Source: Planctomycetota bacterium
GTDB lineage: Bacteria > Planctomycetota > Phycisphaerae > WQYP01
Assembly (NCBI GenBank): GCA_021852275.1
Contig: JAJZNX010000025.1
Span: forward strand, 65,705 to 129,704
Direction: 5' to 3'
Length of the DNA: 64,000 nucleotides
A model generated the notes under the pieces. That model saw only the letters and a list, made by a program, of their open reading frames with translations, was not told the origin of the DNA and made no database searches. A program made the position numbers and the translations under genes. Shown here one piece after another: positions 48,375 to 58,893 of this stretch (position 1 is its first letter; each line of letters begins with the position of its first letter).

Positions 48375-49508
48375 ATGGCCACGGTAACTTTTCAAGAGGT
48401 ATCAAAGGTATATCCCGGTGATGTGCGGGCAGTCAACAACATTTCTTTATCAATTAAAGACCGGGAGTTTGTGGTACTGGTAGGTCCATCGGGCTGCGGA
48501 AAAACCACGACCCTGCGCATGTTGGCGGGGCTGGAGGAGATTTCCGAAGGCACTCTGAGCATTGATGGCCGAGTGGTGAACACCGTGCCGCCCAAAGACC
48601 GCGATATTGCCATGGTGTTCCAAAACTATGCACTCTATCCGCACATGAGCGTTTACAAAAACATGGCTTTCAGCCTGCAATTGCGCCGCCGCGAACTTGG
48701 ACTTACGAAGTCCCAAATCGACCAAAGGGTAAAAGAAGCAGCCGCAATTTTGGGACTTACGGATTATCTCCAGCGAAAGCCCAAAGCTCTCTCCGGCGGA
48801 CAACGGCAGCGCGTGGCGGTAGGCCGGGCGATTGTGCGAAATCCCAAAGCATTTTTATTTGATGAGCCGCTTTCTAACCTCGATGCCAAGCTGCGAGTCG
48901 AAACACGGGCGGAAATTAAGAAACTGCACTTGCGACTGAAAACCACCACCATCTATGTTACCCACGATCAGGAAGAGGCTATGACCCTGGGTGACCGCAT
49001 CGTCGTAATGAAAGACGGACTGATACAACAATGCGCCCCGCCCTTGGTGGTTTATGAACAACCGGTTAACCGGTTTGTGGCGGGATTCGTGGGTACCCCT
49101 CCCATGAACTTTATAACCGGCAGCATCGTGGATGGCCGCTATTTCACGTTTGAAAAGCAAAGGTTGCTGTTGACACCGAGATTACAGCAATGCCTGAACA
49201 AAGAGCCGGCTACCGAGGTGATACTGGGCGTGCGCCCCGAAGCAATCTCTCCAACCGGAGAAGGTCGCTTTGCCGGCCAGGAGAATATCATTCAAGCGAC
49301 GATTTCCGTCATCGAGCCTCTCGGCGATAAGGTAGATCTTTACCTTTCAGCAGGCCAACAGCCCACCTTGATCTGCCGAACCGATGCGCATCATTTACAG
49401 GGATTGGCGGTCCAGGCCGAACTTCCGCTCTATTTGAATATGGATAAGGTGCATCTATTTGCTACGGATACAACAGGGCGTAATCTGACGCTGCCGCAAC
49501 AAGCCTAA
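48375..49508 (+). CDS. ABC transporter ATP-binding protein, MalK/UgpC (sugar importer) type, orphan
   Basis: Walker A GPSGCGKTT. Signature LSGGQRQRVAVGRA. A C-terminal TOBE/regulatory domain is present. No permease or substrate-binding protein gene is adjacent. Confidence 0.85.
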   Translation: MATVTFQEVSKVYPGDVRAVNNISLSIKDREFVVLVGPSGCGKTTTLRMLAGLEEISEGTLSIDGRVVNTVPPKDRDIAMVFQNYALYPHMSVYKNMAFSLQLRRRELGLTKSQIDQRVKEAAAILGLTDYLQRKPKALSGGQRQRVAVGRAIVRNPKAFLFDEPLSNLDAKLRVETRAEIKKLHLRLKTTTIYVTHDQEEAMTLGDRIVVMKDGLIQQCAPPLVVYEQPVNRFVAGFVGTPPMNFITGSIVDGRYFTFEKQRLLLTPRLQQCLNKEPATEVILGVRPEAISPTGEGRFAGQENIIQATISVIEPLGDKVDLYLSAGQQPTLICRTDAHHLQGLAVQAELPLYLNMDKVHLFATDTTGRNLTLPQQA

Positions 49509-49847
49509 GCTCGATTTTTGCCATTTTCAGAGGTGCCGAAAAGGGTGATTTCACGGGCTTGCGTGGATTGGTGGAGTTTTTCCACACCCATAGAAAGCGC
49601 AGCGCGTGCAAAACTTGTCCATCCAAATGGTCCTTTTGGCGGTGGGCTTTGGGCCCGATCATCTGTCATCTGGCGACTTTCTGCATTGAGATTGCTGGCA
49701 GGCGAATTTTGCGGGCAAGATGCCTACGTTCTCAAGGGTGACTATGGAGGACAAGATGTCCGGCACCCTCCCAGAATCAGGGGAGCGTGGTATGCGCGTC
49801 GCTCGCGCCTCGCCGACGGCCAAACTCCTGCGCCGTAAAATACGAAT

Positions 49848-50762
49848 TTATTTTTGCGCAGCCCCTAATGCCTGCAACTCGGCAGCAGTCAGTTTCAGGT
49901 CCACCGCCTTGACGGAATCACTGATGCTGTTTTGACGACTGGCTCCAGGAATCGGAATAACCTGTGGCCCCTGTGCCAGCAGCCAGGCCAATACAATTTG
50001 CTGGGGGCTTACGCCACGTGCTGCGGCAATGCCTGCTACAGCGGCATCGGTGGTACCCAGAGATTTGGCCTGACCAATGCCATTAAGCGGGCTCCACGGC
50101 AAAAAGGCCAGTTGATGCCTGCGGCTATATTCGAGGGTGCCGATGGTGTCTGGCTCCGGCCGGGGCGGTTGGCCCGGCGGAACCATCTCCGGCAGCCGAT
50201 GACGCCGGGAATATTCGTTTTGCACACTGACAATATCGACCATACTGCGAGCGGCATCGAGATCGTTAATACCGAAATTGCTGACTCCCAGAAAACGGAT
50301 TTTACCCTGCTGCTGAAGTTCCTTGAGGCAGCCCAGGCTTTCCTTAAGGGGTACCGCCGGATCAATACGGTGGTATTGATATAAATCTATGCGATCCACA
50401 CCCAGGGCCTGCAAAGAAGCATCACAGGAAACCCGTAGATGCCCCGGTGAACCATCACGGTCCCAGCGCCTTTGCGGACGGATAAGCCCACCCTTGGTGG
50501 CCACAAATACTTTTTCACGCCGGCTGGCAGGCAGTTGGCGCAAAGCCTTGCCGATCAGTCGTTCATTGTGGCCGGTTTCGGTATCATCCAGGCAATAAGC
50601 ATCCGCAGTATCAATAAATGTGATGCCGCAGGCGATGGCGTGATGTATCACGGCAATGGCCTGGTCTTCAGCAGGACGGTTATCGGGAACGGATAACGGC
50701 ATAGCCCCCAGACCAAGGGCGCTCACCTTGACGCCGGTTTTACCTAAGGCGCGAGTTTGCAT
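49848..50762 (-). CDS. aldo/keto reductase
   Basis: MQTRALGKTGVKVSALGLG N-terminus. AKR fold motifs. Confidence 0.8.
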   Translation of the reverse strand: MQTRALGKTGVKVSALGLGAMPLSVPDNRPAEDQAIAVIHHAIACGITFIDTADAYCLDDTETGHNERLIGKALRQLPASRREKVFVATKGGLIRPQRRWDRDGSPGHLRVSCDASLQALGVDRIDLYQYHRIDPAVPLKESLGCLKELQQQGKIRFLGVSNFGINDLDAARSMVDIVSVQNEYSRRHRLPEMVPPGQPPRPEPDTIGTLEYSRRHQLAFLPWSPLNGIGQAKSLGTTDAAVAGIAAARGVSPQQIVLAWLLAQGPQVIPIPGASRQNSISDSVKAVDLKLTAAELQALGAAQK

Positions 50763-50827
50763 ATATTGGGTTACCTTTATAAGAAAAAAAAAGCGGACCG
50801 CCAACCGACATCGCCACCACGTTGAGC

Positions 50828-51772
50828 TCAGGGCAATTTGTTGCCGCGGGCCGCCACCAGCAATTCATACCACTGCTGTCGCGATAATTCCAACGTGTCC
50901 GCCCGAACGGCATCGCGAATATGTTCCGGATTGCACGAACCAACGATGGGAATGATTCCCGCCGGGTGCTTAAGCAGCCATGCCAAAGCCACCACGGTAC
51001 GGGATACGCCCAGAGCTGCAGCCATTTTATCCAGACCTTCCACCAGTTTGACCAAAACATCATGACGTGGATGTTGCGGCGGCACCTGACCGCCGGTGCC
51101 CAGCAAACCTCCCGCCAGCGGACTCCAGGACAAAGGCGTTATGTGCTTTTCCAGGCATTGATCCAACGTGCCATCGATGAAACAATCCAACCGCCCCAGA
51201 TGAATTTCCACCTGATTAACAACCAGCGGAAACGGCAGCGCCGATTGCAAAAGGGAAACAAAAGACGGTGAAAAATTGGATACCCCGAAATTACGCACCT
51301 TGCCCTGTTGCCGTAATTTCTCAAACGCTGCGGCAACTTCCGCCGGGTTCATCAGCAGATCCGGGCGATGCAATTGATAAACATCGATGGTCTCTATATT
51401 CAAACGCTTCAACGATAGCTCGCAGGAATGAAGAATATGCTCCGCCGAAAAATCGTAGCGGTGCGGCGAACTCGGTTCTGGGTCGCCGGGGAAGCGGATT
51501 CCGCATTTAGTAATAACCAGGACGCGGCGCTTTATTTCCGGCTGTTCCCGCAACACTTCGCCAAAGATAGATTCGCAACTACCGCGACAATAAATATCCG
51601 CATGATCGAAAAGCGTGTAGCCGGCCTCAAAAGCGGCAAGAATGGCCTTTTTCCCGGCGGCACGTCGCTCGGGAGTAATTTCTGCCGGATTCCAGGTGCC
51701 CGCCACGCGCATGCAACCATAAGAAAGCCGACTGCACAACAGGGAACTTTTTCCAAGGTTTACAGACTTCAT
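50828..51772 (-). CDS. aldo/keto reductase
   Basis: LGKSSLLCSRLSYGCMRV N-terminus. Conserved AKR catalytic tetrad context. Confidence 0.8.
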   Translation of the reverse strand: MKSVNLGKSSLLCSRLSYGCMRVAGTWNPAEITPERRAAGKKAILAAFEAGYTLFDHADIYCRGSCESIFGEVLREQPEIKRRVLVITKCGIRFPGDPEPSSPHRYDFSAEHILHSCELSLKRLNIETIDVYQLHRPDLLMNPAEVAAAFEKLRQQGKVRNFGVSNFSPSFVSLLQSALPFPLVVNQVEIHLGRLDCFIDGTLDQCLEKHITPLSWSPLAGGLLGTGGQVPPQHPRHDVLVKLVEGLDKMAAALGVSRTVVALAWLLKHPAGIIPIVGSCNPEHIRDAVRADTLELSRQQWYELLVAARGNKLP

Positions 51773-51798
51773 AAATCAGCTACTCCACAAAAGCAACT

Positions 51799-52815
51799 TC
51801 ACTCCTCCCGCTGGGCGCACGTGGTGCAGCGTGTGGTAATATCCGCAGCGAAATGTACGGAAAATGTCGCCGCGCCGCAATGGTCGCAGGCCAGAGGCTC
51901 AAGCGTCTTGGTCAGGGCATTCCAGAAAACCGTGATCTGTTTTTCACCGTCACGCCGCTGGACGTTGAGTTTCACAGCCAGCGCCGGCATGTCCAGCCGC
52001 ACCAGTGCCACCAGTCGCAGGCTGGGCCGCAGCATGTAGCGCTCGCGCAGTTCGGCGATCTTGCGATCCAATTCCAGCTTCACAGCCTGTTTCCGCGACT
52101 CCTGTTCGTTTGCGTCCACCACCCTGCGGCTGCGGGCGGGTGACGCATCATCCAGCAAGGCGTGGTAGTAATCCTTGAGCCGCTTGAGATCACGCACCAT
52201 CCGTTCTTCCAGACGCTGCACAAATGGCCCGGACTTTTTCGTAATAATTCCACCCGCCGCACGACCAGCGCTTGCGACATCGGGCACAATATCATCCAGG
52301 ACCGCCGTGCAGGCATCGGAATTGTTCAACGGATCGGGCAAATCCAAGGGTACCCGACTGCGACTGTTGAGCACCACGGTTACCACATCTTCCCACCGTT
52401 CATCCGATTCAATCTTGGCGGCGAAATGCCAATAATGATACTCTACCCGATCGGCCAACGCTCCAAGCACTTTCACCCGGGCGTTCGGAAACGCAAAGGC
52501 CCGTGCGACCGGTTCGTCCATGGCTGACTTTTTCAGATATAAAGTGTCAATTTTCAGCGATAGCTCGGAAGCCTCCGGGGGAAAAAGCTTTTCGGCCCGT
52601 TCCAGAAACGGTGAGGTGAGATTCACCACCAGCCCCGCCTGTGTCGGCACTGCCGTGATCGCCACGGAATCCGGACATTCGAGCAACGCAGCCGTCGATC
52701 GCGGCAAAATAACCAAACCCGATTCCTCATGCTCCGGCCATTCCAGCAAAGCGCCCTGTTGCTCCAGCAGATCCACCGCGAAAGAGCGCAGCCTTTGGGT
52801 AATTACGGTACTCAT
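51799..52815 (-). CDS. hypothetical protein with C-terminal zinc ribbon, translationally coupled to the SNF2 helicase
   Basis: 338 aa. The terminal CDHCGAATFSVHFAADITTRCTTC is CxxC-x18-CxxC. The start ATG overlaps the SNF2 stop (ATGA). Confidence 0.55.
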   Translation of the reverse strand: MSTVITQRLRSFAVDLLEQQGALLEWPEHEESGLVILPRSTAALLECPDSVAITAVPTQAGLVVNLTSPFLERAEKLFPPEASELSLKIDTLYLKKSAMDEPVARAFAFPNARVKVLGALADRVEYHYWHFAAKIESDERWEDVVTVVLNSRSRVPLDLPDPLNNSDACTAVLDDIVPDVASAGRAAGGIITKKSGPFVQRLEERMVRDLKRLKDYYHALLDDASPARSRRVVDANEQESRKQAVKLELDRKIAELRERYMLRPSLRLVALVRLDMPALAVKLNVQRRDGEKQITVFWNALTKTLEPLACDHCGAATFSVHFAADITTRCTTCAQREE

Positions 52816-54767
52816 GCGTAATCCTCGCCGAAGAGGGCCTCGTCAAGCTGTTTGGTTTTGAGATAATCGGCCTGGGCCGTGAGCAGCGCGTCACCGAGGT
52901 CGGCAAAGGCCGCATCTAAATCGTCGGCACTTTTTGATTTCATCCATAAATCCAGCACCAGAGTTTCAAAGTCCTCTCCATTTTCGGTGTTGCCCAAAAT
53001 TGAACCTACCTCCCCCACCACCAGTTCAAACATCCGTAGTTTATCATTGAGTACGGTTAAAATTTTGTCTTCCAGCGAGCCGCGGGTGCACAGGTTGAAC
53101 ACAAACACCTCCCGCGTTTGCCCGATGCGGTGCACCCGGCCCACCCGCTGCTCGATGCGCATCGGATTCCACGGCAAATCAAAATTAATGAGTGTGTTGC
53201 AGAATTGCAGGTTGAAGCCTTCTCCGCCGGAATCACTGCAGAGCATCACCGGAGCATCATGTTTGAAATCATCAATGGCCAGCTCCTTTTCCATCTGACT
53301 CAGGCTGCCGGTGAAAAGCACGCCACGTATGCCGTGCCGTTCTAGCAGGCCGGCCAGGCGATCCAGCGTGATGCGGAAATTGGCGAAGACCAGGGTTTTT
53401 TGGCCGCGATTTTTCGCCAGCAGTTCCAATAATTTCTTTTCCTTGGCCGATTCCTCAAGCCCGCGGGCCAGCTCCAACAGCGGCCCAGCCCGGTGATCCT
53501 GCAAACCCAGCCGCTCCAAAGCGGGTCGAAGCGCCAACGGGTGGCTGCCGGCGGCCATTAAAATGGAATTGATCTGAAGTTTGTTGAGCAGGGGCAGATT
53601 GTCCGGTGGATGCCGCCAGGTTTCTTCCAGGGCCATCAGTCGGTTTTCCGTCACCGCCGCCTGGCCTTCTTGCCGGTGGTACACCACGCCGCCGGCAATA
53701 CTGGCCAGAACATCGACTTGCGGCTCGATGTCGGGGATGTCCAACCCTTCGGCAGTATCCGCATCAACCGGCGTGGCGGCCACACTGGCGGGACGGCAGC
53801 GCCATCGCAGATAAGAATCCAGATGGCGGTACAGGCAGGACTCATCTTCACCGGCGGTGATGGCAAAAGTTTGGGCATACCGGCGGGGAAGCTCAATATT
53901 GACCAGGCTGCGGGTATTGCGCACCATCACCTGCGAAAGCAAATCACGCAGCACACGCCGATTGCGCGGATCGCGGGGGTTGCCCCGCGTGACAAATCTT
54001 TTCTTAAAATCCGCCTCCGTCTTGAGATGCCCCGGCTCCAACAGCGTCAACAAATTGTAAAGTTCGATGAGGTTATTTTGCACCGGTGTGGCCGTGAGCA
54101 GGAAAATATGGCGGCGACGCAAAGCGTTCACCAACTGCCAGTTCCGCGTATCGCGATTCTTACAGTGATGCGCCTCATCGACGATGACCAGATCCCAAGG
54201 TGCCGCGGCACACCAATCAAAATGCCGCCGACTCTTGGCCAAGACAATTGAGGCAACCACCCGCTCGCTTTGTTCCCAGTGCCGGGAGTCCCAGTTGGAG
54301 GTCGCCAGGTCGAAGGGCAGACCAAATTTACCCGCCAATTCATCCCGCCACTGGCCGGTAAGTGGAGATGGTACCAGGATTAAAACGCGTTTGACCATCC
54401 CACGCAGCAGATATTCACGCAACAGCAACGCGGCTTCGATAGTTTTGCCCAGGCCCACTTCATCGGCCAGCAGCACACGGCCATGAAAATAGCGCAGCAC
54501 CTTGCGGACCGTTTCAATCTGGTGCGGCATCTCTTCCACCCCACGCAAGCCTTCCAGACAAAGCAATTCATCAAAGCCGCGCAGCAGCTTCAGCCGCTCC
54601 AATTCCAACCGCAGGCGGATGGAAACCGTGTCCAGGCGAGGCACGGCGTTAAACGGCGCGGATTGCACCGGGGCCACCGGAATGCCACCGAGAGTTTTGG
54701 CATTACGCACCGCCGACCTATGGCCAGTGGCAGTGGGCATGTTCCACCAGGAAAAAGGGAACTCCAT
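52812..54767 (-). CDS. SNF2-family (SWI2/SNF2) helicase, short form
   Basis: Motif I LADEVGLGKTIEA. DEAH box (VIVDEAHHCKN). Helicase-C motifs (LLTATPVQNNL, QRVGRVHRIGQT). Length 651 aa. Confidence 0.85.
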   Translation of the reverse strand: MEFPFSWWNMPTATGHRSAVRNAKTLGGIPVAPVQSAPFNAVPRLDTVSIRLRLELERLKLLRGFDELLCLEGLRGVEEMPHQIETVRKVLRYFHGRVLLADEVGLGKTIEAALLLREYLLRGMVKRVLILVPSPLTGQWRDELAGKFGLPFDLATSNWDSRHWEQSERVVASIVLAKSRRHFDWCAAAPWDLVIVDEAHHCKNRDTRNWQLVNALRRRHIFLLTATPVQNNLIELYNLLTLLEPGHLKTEADFKKRFVTRGNPRDPRNRRVLRDLLSQVMVRNTRSLVNIELPRRYAQTFAITAGEDESCLYRHLDSYLRWRCRPASVAATPVDADTAEGLDIPDIEPQVDVLASIAGGVVYHRQEGQAAVTENRLMALEETWRHPPDNLPLLNKLQINSILMAAGSHPLALRPALERLGLQDHRAGPLLELARGLEESAKEKKLLELLAKNRGQKTLVFANFRITLDRLAGLLERHGIRGVLFTGSLSQMEKELAIDDFKHDAPVMLCSDSGGEGFNLQFCNTLINFDLPWNPMRIEQRVGRVHRIGQTREVFVFNLCTRGSLEDKILTVLNDKLRMFELVVGEVGSILGNTENGEDFETLVLDLWMKSKSADDLDAAFADLGDALLTAQADYLKTKQLDEALFGEDYA

Positions 54768-54905
54768 GTTTCAGCTATCTCCTGTCGCGATGACCCGGAG
54801 GACATTGTAACGGAATCTGGCTCGGCAACAAAAGCGGATTTTGGGCCAATCCGGTGTCGCATCTCGAAGTCGCTTGAAGACTTTAGCAATGAATCGTCCG
54901 TCTGC

Positions 54906-55754
54906 TCACAGCTCGCCCTGACGTTTGCCACCATGGCCATCCGCGGCATCATAGGCGGCGTCCTGGGTGGTGCCGCGGAGATCACAACGGACGATGGACA
55001 AAGCGTGCCCGGAAACCTCATCAACCGTGGCCAGAATGCCGCACATACGCGGATCCCCGGTAGCAATTTCGAAAAAATTGGGCATGCCGGTAATCATGAA
55101 TTGCAACACGCGATCTTTCCGCCGCCCCAGCACGCTTTCATAAGGGCCGGTCATGCCCAGGTCAGAAACAAATGCGGTGCCTCCCGGCAACACGCGGGCG
55201 TCGGCGGTGGGTGTGTGGGTGTGCGTACCGAAGTTGATGCTGACCCGACCGTCCAGATGCCAGCCCATGGCAATTTTTTCGCTGCTGGCCTCGGCGTGAA
55301 AATCCACAATGCGTACCTTGACCTGCCGCGGAATTTCGGAAAGCATTTTATCTATGGTACGAAGCGGATCATCCAGCGGATTCATGTACAACCGCCCCAT
55401 CACCTGCAATATGGCAATGGAAACCCCGGACCGGGAAGACACCACGGTCCAGCCCCGCCCTACCGCATCGGGAGGATAATTGCCGGGTCGGATCAGGCGG
55501 TCGGAAGATTGCAGCAGCGGAAGAATATCGCGTTTACGATACGTATGATCGCCCATGGTGCACACATCAATGCCGGCACCAATCAATTTCTGAAATATCG
55601 CCGGCGTAAGGCCGGAACCGGCGGCAGAATTTTCCGCGTTGGCCACCACAAAGTCGATTTTTTCTCTGGCGATCAGGGGCGGCAGCAGTTCCGCTACGAC
55701 GGCACGGCCAGGCTTGCCGACGATATCACCAAGACAGAAAATTTTAATCGGCAT
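54906..55754 (-). CDS. ymdB: YmdB-family metallophosphoesterase (2',3'-cyclic nucleotide phosphodiesterase-like)
   Basis: MPIKIFCLGDIVGKPGR...FVVANAENSAAGSGLT is the TIGR00282-type signature. The ORF extends upstream to 56033, but MPIKIF is the conserved start. Confidence 0.8.
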   Translation of the reverse strand: MPIKIFCLGDIVGKPGRAVVAELLPPLIAREKIDFVVANAENSAAGSGLTPAIFQKLIGAGIDVCTMGDHTYRKRDILPLLQSSDRLIRPGNYPPDAVGRGWTVVSSRSGVSIAILQVMGRLYMNPLDDPLRTIDKMLSEIPRQVKVRIVDFHAEASSEKIAMGWHLDGRVSINFGTHTHTPTADARVLPGGTAFVSDLGMTGPYESVLGRRKDRVLQFMITGMPNFFEIATGDPRMCGILATVDEVSGHALSIVRCDLRGTTQDAAYDAADGHGGKRQGEL

Positions 55755-55970
55755 AAGCGGGGCTTTCCAAGGCGGCCAACCATCATCCGGCCAGGCGGCA
55801 GGCCAGCGACCGGTTTTTATCTTACCGCACTTTGGCCGGTATGGCCAAACTGAACCCGCAGCAACCAACCAACGGGTTGTAAGCCAATTACCGTCGCACC
55901 GTGTATACTGGCCGCCGCGAATCCGGTTGTGCGCTGACGGATTTTTCCGCCACGGTAAAAGGAACGGCTC

Positions 55971-56861
55971 ATGCCCGCAAAGCTCATTGATGGTAAAATT
56001 CTGGCAATGTCCATTCGTCAGCAGGTGGCCCACGATGCCGCGACGCTGTTAGAAAAGGGTCTCAGCATACACCTGGTGGCGGTGTTGGTAGGCCAGTCGC
56101 CGGCCGCCCGGGTATATGCAGACAATCAGGCCAGAACCTGTCGCGATATGGGAATTCGATATTCCCTGCTGGAATTCGCCGTGGATATAACGCAGGTCCA
56201 ATTAAACACCGAGCTGTCCCGGCTGGCCGCAGACACCACCGTAACCGGCATCATGGTGCATCTGCCGCTGCCGGCTCATCTAAATACGCAGGAAACCCAA
56301 TACGCCATCGACGTGCTCAAAGATGTTGAAGGCGTGAATCCCGCTAACATCGGCCACGTGGTTTATGGCCATACCATCATTGCCCCATGCACGGCATTGG
56401 CAGCCGTTGAACTCATTGAGTCTACCGGCGTACCGCTGCGCGGGGCCGAAGTAACCGTGGTGGGCGCAAGCCGCATTGCCGGCAAGCCTATTGCCCTGCT
56501 GCTTACAGAACGTCAGGCCACCGTAACCTTGTGTCATATTCACACCAGAGACCTTTTCATCCACAGCCAAAAGGCGGATATTCTGGTGGTGGCGGTCGGC
56601 AAGTCAGGCCTGATCAGCGCCAGCCACGTGAAGCCCGGTGCCGTCGTGATTGATGTTGGCATTAACCGCGTTACTACCACCAATGCCCAGGGGCAACTGG
56701 TCAACAAAACCGTCGGCGATGTGGATTTTCAATCTGTCCTGCCCGTGGCCGGATGGATTACTCCGGTTCCCGGTGGGGTTGGCCCCATGACAGTCGCCAT
56801 GCTGCTGAAAAACACCCTGCGTGCCGCCCGGCTGGTACACAAACTGGAAAAACCGTTTTGA
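55971..56861 (+). CDS. folD: bifunctional methylenetetrahydrofolate dehydrogenase / methenyl-THF cyclohydrolase
   Basis: MPAKLIDGKILA...LVGQSPAARVYADN plus the C-terminal NAD(P) Rossmann. Confidence 0.88.
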   Translation: MPAKLIDGKILAMSIRQQVAHDAATLLEKGLSIHLVAVLVGQSPAARVYADNQARTCRDMGIRYSLLEFAVDITQVQLNTELSRLAADTTVTGIMVHLPLPAHLNTQETQYAIDVLKDVEGVNPANIGHVVYGHTIIAPCTALAAVELIESTGVPLRGAEVTVVGASRIAGKPIALLLTERQATVTLCHIHTRDLFIHSQKADILVVAVGKSGLISASHVKPGAVVIDVGINRVTTTNAQGQLVNKTVGDVDFQSVLPVAGWITPVPGGVGPMTVAMLLKNTLRAARLVHKLEKPF

Positions 56862-56912
56862 ATTGCATCTTTTTACTTTGCAGATAGCCATGCAGGAAAG
56901 CACACCAACCCG

Positions 56913-57743
56913 ATGAAACCATCCGCGCCATCCGCTTTAGAACTCAACCATGTAACTTTTTCTCACCAGGACACCGTGATCCTCGGTGCCATCCACTGGA
57001 CGGTACAACGGCAGCAGACTGCTGCGATTATTGGTCCCAACGGCTGCGGAAAATCTACCTTGTTACGTATTGCCGCGGGATATCTTTGGCCCACACGCGG
57101 CAAAGTGAAAGTGCTGGGAAAAATGCTGGGCGCTTATCCGATCAACCGTTTGCGGCAGCGCATGGCACTGATTGAAGCGGCGGCAATTTACCCGTTTGAC
57201 CATACCATGACCACCCTGGATGTGGCATGCACCGGTTTTTTCGGCACGCTCACCATCGCTTATTGCAAGCCCACTTTGCGGCAATGGAAAGCGGCCCACC
57301 AGACTCTGCAGGATGTGGGGTTGGGCGGACGTGAGAAGCAACTGTGGTCTACGCTGTCCACCGGGCAACGCATGCGGGCTCTTATCGGCCGGGCGCTGTT
57401 GAATCGGCCGGAACTATTGCTTTTGGATGAACCTTCCGCAGGCCTCGATCTGCCCGCTCGCGAAACACTGCTGGCCTTGCTGACCCAACTGCAAGCCGGG
57501 CCGCACGCCCCAGCCATGGTCGTAGTGACGCATCACCTCGAAGAACTCTTACCGCAAACATCCAATGTGCTGCTGCTGGGTACCGGCGGCCGCGTCGTGG
57601 CTGCAGGACCGGCAGCCAGCGTCATTACCGCCAAAAATCTCACCGACGCCTACGGCTGGCCCATTGCGCCACGGCGTCGTCATGACCGTTATTTTGCTCA
57701 TGCCAGGCCGCAACCATGGCCGCATTTACAACCGCGGCTATAA
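56913..57743 (+). CDS. ABC transporter ATP-binding protein (orphan)
   Basis: Walker A GPNGCGKST. Walker B LLLLDEPSAGLD. Degenerate signature LSTGQRMRA. No permease gene is adjacent. Confidence 0.8.
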   Translation: MKPSAPSALELNHVTFSHQDTVILGAIHWTVQRQQTAAIIGPNGCGKSTLLRIAAGYLWPTRGKVKVLGKMLGAYPINRLRQRMALIEAAAIYPFDHTMTTLDVACTGFFGTLTIAYCKPTLRQWKAAHQTLQDVGLGGREKQLWSTLSTGQRMRALIGRALLNRPELLLLDEPSAGLDLPARETLLALLTQLQAGPHAPAMVVVTHHLEELLPQTSNVLLLGTGGRVVAAGPAASVITAKNLTDAYGWPIAPRRRHDRYFAHARPQPWPHLQPRL

Positions 57744-57788
57744 TCCACCGGAAGGAAATGGACCTTAATTTATAATTGGATTAAAATT

Positions 57789-58775
57789 ATGAGCAACATT
57801 GAAAAAACCGTTATCATCGGTTCCGGCCCGGCAGGCTGGACCGCTGCCATCTACGCCGCACGTGCCAACTTACAACCCCTGGTAATTGCCGGCGATGGGG
57901 TAAGCCGCGAACGCATGCCGGGCGGACAATTAATGTTCACCACCGAGGTGGAAAATTATCCCGGCTTTGTGGATGGAATCGACGGCCAGAAGATGATGGC
58001 CACCCTGCAAAAGCAGGCCGAGCGTTTCGGCACGCGCGTACTCGCCAGTTTCGTCACGCGCGTTGATGTAAAAACCCGGCCCTTCAAAATATGGCACATC
58101 AACGATCTTTCCGGTCAGCCTGAAGCCTTGCTGCTGGCTCATTCCCTGCTGGTATGCACCGGGGCTAAGGCCAATTATCTCGGGCTGGAAAGTGAACGCA
58201 GGTTTGAAAATCAGGGCGTTTCCGCCTGCGCGGTCTGCGATGGGGCCTTGCCGCGATTCCGTGATGTGCCGGTAGTGGTGGTGGGCGGCGGTGATTCCGC
58301 TGTTGAAGAAGCCAGCTATCTGACTAAATTCGCCAAAATCGTTTACCTGGTGCATCGCCGGGCGGAACTTCGGGCCAGTAAAATTATGGCCCAACGGGCC
58401 TTATCCAATCTGAAAATTAAGCCAATTTGGAATTCCATCCTCGAAGAGGTATTGGGTAATGATGCTGACGGCGTTACCGGCGTCCGGGTTAAAAATGTCA
58501 ACACGGGTTACGTGGATAATATTGCATGTCGGGGTATGTTTGCAGCCATCGGCCACACACCCAACACGTCTTTTCTGGAAGGCCAGGTGGAACTTAATGA
58601 AAAAGGTTATATCGCTCTCCGAGACGGCTTTCGCACGTTTACCAGCGTCCCGGGAGTTTTTGCCGGCGGAGATTGTGCCGACAGCGTTTATCGTCAGGCC
58701 ATTACCGCTGCCGGCATGGGATGCAAAGCCGCTATTGATGCGGAGCGATGGTTGGCCGAAGAGGGAATTCATTGA
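57789..58775 (+). CDS. trxB: thioredoxin-disulfide reductase
   Basis: FAD-binding GSGPAGWTAAIYAARA. Redox-active CAVCDG. NADPH-binding GGGDSAVEEA. Confidence 0.88.
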   Translation: MSNIEKTVIIGSGPAGWTAAIYAARANLQPLVIAGDGVSRERMPGGQLMFTTEVENYPGFVDGIDGQKMMATLQKQAERFGTRVLASFVTRVDVKTRPFKIWHINDLSGQPEALLLAHSLLVCTGAKANYLGLESERRFENQGVSACAVCDGALPRFRDVPVVVVGGGDSAVEEASYLTKFAKIVYLVHRRAELRASKIMAQRALSNLKIKPIWNSILEEVLGNDADGVTGVRVKNVNTGYVDNIACRGMFAAIGHTPNTSFLEGQVELNEKGYIALRDGFRTFTSVPGVFAGGDCADSVYRQAITAAGMGCKAAIDAERWLAEEGIH

Positions 58776-58893
58776 CGCTGCGACAACGGAGCGCAGTCAT
58801 GCTTTGCTTCTGGCCGATGGCATCTTTCCCGGCTGCGGTCAGCGCAGCGGCTGCGTTGTATGAATCAGCTCTGCGCCCATCGGAATCATAAAC

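Noticed and set aside
54483-55853. 456-aa ORF on the + strand
   Set aside because: It is antisense to the SNF2 helicase and ymdB, both of which have strong family motifs. It has low-complexity Arg/Gly/His composition. Such long antisense ORFs are expected at ~58% GC.
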